NCBI GenBank assembly: GCA_002269645.1
Contig: NIVC01001686.1
Span: 1-64,000 of the forward strand
DNA from: Macrostomum lignano
Lineage: Eukaryota
Direction of reading: 5' to 3'
Length of the DNA stretch: 64,000 bases
In this document: positions 60,927 through 64,000 of the stretch, in pieces
Numbering within the stretch: the first letter of the stretch is position 1
How the letters are laid out: each line of letters opens with the position of its first letter
The notes under the pieces: model-generated
What the model saw: only the letters and a program-made list of their open reading frames with translations
Databases searched by the model: none
What the model was told of the DNA's origin: nothing
Position numbers and translations under genes: made by a program

Positions 60927-63900
60927 TCAGTCCGAGCAGTCATTCTCATCAGCTTTCGCTTTGTTCGACTTCTTCTTCAAGGTCACCATTTTGCGCAGCG
61001 GCAAGCAGAGCAGTCCGGCGAGCAGAATCACTGCTCCGGCAAAGTAGAATGTGCTCACCACACTGCCCGTGATGTCTGCCAGGAAGCCTGCGGGTTTTAA
61101 CACAGTGTGCCCAGGTGTGCGTTAAGTTGGTTGGCTTCATGCCAGATTGTGTAGCAATGACCCAATTTCTTTCTAATGTGCTTTTCTATGTAAAAACTCT
61201 CCTCTCCTTCGCTCCTCTCCCTACTCTATCCTCTCCCTACTCTCCTCTCCCTACTCTCTCCTCTCCCCACTCTCTCCTCTCCCTACTCTCCTCTCCCTAC
61301 TCTCCTCTCCCTACTCTCTCCTCTCTCCACTCTATCCTCTCCCTACTCTCCTCTCCCTAATCTCCTCTCCCTACTCTATCCTCTCCCTACTCTATCCTCT
61401 CCCTACTCTCTCCTCTCCCTACTCTCCTCTCCCTACTCTCCTCTCCCTACTCTCCTCTCCTACTCTCCTCTCCCTACTCTCCTCTCCTACTCTCCTCTCC
61501 CTACTCTGCTCTCCCTACTCTCCTCTCCCTATACTTCTCTCCCTTCTCTCTCCTCTCCCTAATCTCATCTCCCTACTCTCCTCTCCCTACTCTCCTCTCC
61601 CTACTCTTTCTCCCTACTCTCCTCTCCCTATACTTCTCTCCCTTCTCTCTCCTCTCCCTAATCTCATCTCCCTATTCTCATCTCCCTACTCTCATCTCCC
61701 TACTCTCCTCTCCCTACTCTCATCTCCCTACTCTCCTCTCCCTACTCTCCTCACCCTATTCTCCTCTCCATACTCTCTACTCTCTAGTAAGCATCAGCAT
61801 CAGCCTATCAGAAAAATCGATATCTGAATTTTTTTGAAACTTGAAACTAAAGCTCACCAATCTCAGATGAGGAATTTGCACTTTGTTCTTTGGTTACGCA
61901 AGATTGTCATTAATATTTACTATTTGTCAGCTACATGCACTCATGTAATACACTGCACACCCTGAAGTTACCTGCTAGTGGCGTGCCGATGAAAGCGGAC
62001 AGGCCCTGGCATAAAATGATAAACCCGAACGCCTCTGACAAGTTGTCAATGCCGACCAGTTCAATGCCGATGATTGATCGAAGGGCAACGAAAATGGCTG
62101 AAATTGGCAGCATATACTCACGGCATATTGACAGGCCTATCGTAGGATTGTAGCAAATGCTCAAGACCGTATAGAATGATTGGTACGAGAGTGTCTTAGG
62201 AAGAATAGAACAGCGAGGATAGAACAAAGACCAAAATGAGTTGAGGACAAAGTTAAAACCAAGAAGAGTTAGAGGATACAAAGACCAGGAAGAGTTAGGT
62301 GGCACATAGACCAGCAAGAGAAACTATTAAACAAAGACTAGGAAGAGAACGGAGGACACAAGGATCCGAAAGAGTTAGCGGATACAAAGTCCAAAAAGAG
62401 AAAGAAAGGACACAAAGACCAGCAAGTGTTTGAAAACACAAAGACAAGGAAGAGAGCGGTGGACACAAAACTAATCAATAAATTAAAAACGCAGAAAAAA
62501 CAGGTAAGAATTGCCAATTTTCTGGTTGCCCCCTCATACGCACCGATGCAGCTCCCAAACACCACACACGCCATCACCAGCAGAGCGAAGCTCCGATACA
62601 GAACAAAAAATCCAGTAGCGATTCCACCAATAGTCAACGAGAAGCTGTTAATCAACAGACTGTCGGCCCAAGGTCGATCAGCCACCCAGCCAACAAGAAG
62701 GCGAGACACGAGGTTCACCCAGCCGGTGACGGAGATCAAGTCCTGCGGCGCCGAGTCTCTCAGCGACAGAGACTTAGCGTACACGGGTATGTAGGTGAAC
62801 GGAATGTAGAATCCTGTGGGATGCGGTAACGAACGAATGCAATAATTTTAAGAATTGAGTAGCAATCTGAAATTCATTTAGCATATCGCAAAGTACTATC
62901 TGAAGCTAGGAATAGGAGTTTCTCGGAAGCCTCACCGGCCATGCAGAGGAAGCAGGCTGCTCCATAGATGGCCAAAGCTGGATTTCCTCGCAGCAGCCGG
63001 AGCAGTTTCAAAGCCTCCCGGCTCAGTCGTCGAAGTCGAGCTTTCAAGCTGTCATTCTCATCGTCGGCTGTTGAAGCCTGCGGCATCTCCTGCGAGGCCT
63101 CCAGTCGCAGAATTTCATCTCGAAGTACGTCTAGGTTAGTTGTAGAAGCGGCCGCCGCAGCCAACTGCCAGTCGCTGCCACCGACTGAACGATATTTCGG
63201 TCGAGAGATGTCGATCCGGTGTAGTCGACGTTGGCGATGCTGCTGAACGTTCGATGCACTACTCTGGGCGAGGCCTGTAAGGCTGCTGCGATTTGAGTAA
63301 GTATTTGATGCGATGCTTAAATTCTGAGAGGTGATTCATGAGGTTCTCTACGTTGCTTTGCACGAAACCTAAAACCCTCCAGAGTGCTCATCTGGAAGTG
63401 ATTCATGAGGTTCTCTACGTTGCTTTGCACGAAACCTAAAACCCTCCAGAGTGCTCATCTGGAAGTGATTCATTCATGAGGTTCTCTACGTTGCTTTGCA
63501 CGAAACCTAAAACCCTCCAGAGTGCTCATCTGGAAGTGATTCATTCATGAGGTTCTCTACGTTGCTTTGCACGAAACCTAAAACCCTCCAGAGTGCTCAT
63601 CTGGAAGTGATTCATGAGGTTCTCTACGTCGCTTTCCGCGAAACCTAAAACCCTCCAGAGTGCTCTGCATGATCTATTAGGCTCTCTACTGTTTTTTATC
63701 ATGTCTGAAGCATAATTCCTAAGTGTTTTGAGCGATAATAGCACCTATGTGTCGATTTCAGTCTTCTCTTGAAGTTTCTAAACAAGTTCAGTGGTTGCTT
63801 TATCAAGCTAGGACGGCAATATTAAACTAGATCGGAACTAGCCATGAATAGCTAGAACAACCATACCTCGCTGCATCAGCCTGTTGCTGCTTCTGCTGCT

Positions 63901-64000
63901 GATTCTTTGTAGCCGGTGGCTGCTTCTGCGGCTGCGTATGAAGATTCAACAACAGCATTGGCTGCGAGCCAGTCGTGTCGCCGCCACCGGCGCCATGGAC
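60927..64000 (-). CDS. Monocarboxylate transporter (SLC16/MFS) family, 3' part (5' end beyond window)
   Basis: Minus-strand exons ~63867-64000+, ~62936-63282 (acceptor chosen by phase, less certain), 62544-62813, 61972-62097, 60927-61087. They read [19 protein letters not shown] (TM7), [19 protein letters not shown] (MFS loop), [21 protein letters not shown]...[20 protein letters not shown]...FYFAG...stop, typical of SLC16. Confidence 0.88.
61198..61785. repeat. 14-bp pyrimidine-rich satellite in the last MCT intron
   Basis: Same ctactctcctctcc family as 57345-60540. Confidence 0.93.
63331..63665. repeat. 67/71-bp tandem repeat (5 copies) in an MCT intron
   Basis: gtgattcatgaggttctctacg...catctggaa starts at 63331, 63398, 63465, 63536, 63607. 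Confidence 0.93.

Noticed and set aside
63331-63665. CRISPR-like array with a small hairpin (tccaga-N7-tctgga)
   Set aside because: Units are head-to-tail with no unique spacers, lie in a eukaryotic intron, and there are no cas genes.
63745-63807. Possible extra 63-nt phase-2/2 MCT exon (minus strand)
   Set aside because: Open, but with a weak donor (gtgcta) and not needed for frame continuity; left out of the model.

Overview
Intron-rich animal DNA, not prokaryotic: GT-AG spliced genes are embedded in about 25 different mini- and microsatellites. The style resembles the flatworm Macrostomum, but that is inference only. In order: (1) 1-11.6 kb, a tandem array of at least 17 copies of a ~650-700 bp unit. 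Each carries a phase-1/1 exon-like segment (poly-Ala from a CAG tract, KRKRR motif); one copy is interrupted by a 5'-truncated RNase H-type non-LTR retrotransposon and the last copy ends in a stop plus AATAAA. (2) The 3' exons of a KCTD/BTB gene. (3) About 19 kb of mostly tandem repeats, including a YY1-consensus array. (4) A complete 9-exon Cys-less (Pro-loop) pentameric ligand-gated ion channel gene. (5) Nested hAT and PIF/Harbinger-type MITEs. (6) A 14-3-3 locus with one N-terminal exon followed by two complete, diverged C-terminal exon sets, the most interesting signal here. (7) The 3' part of an SLC16/MCT transporter on the minus strand. Nearly all long ORFs in the supplied track are artefacts of tandem repeats. 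Gene models were assembled by eye from splice sites and reading phase, and repeat boundaries and copy numbers are approximate.
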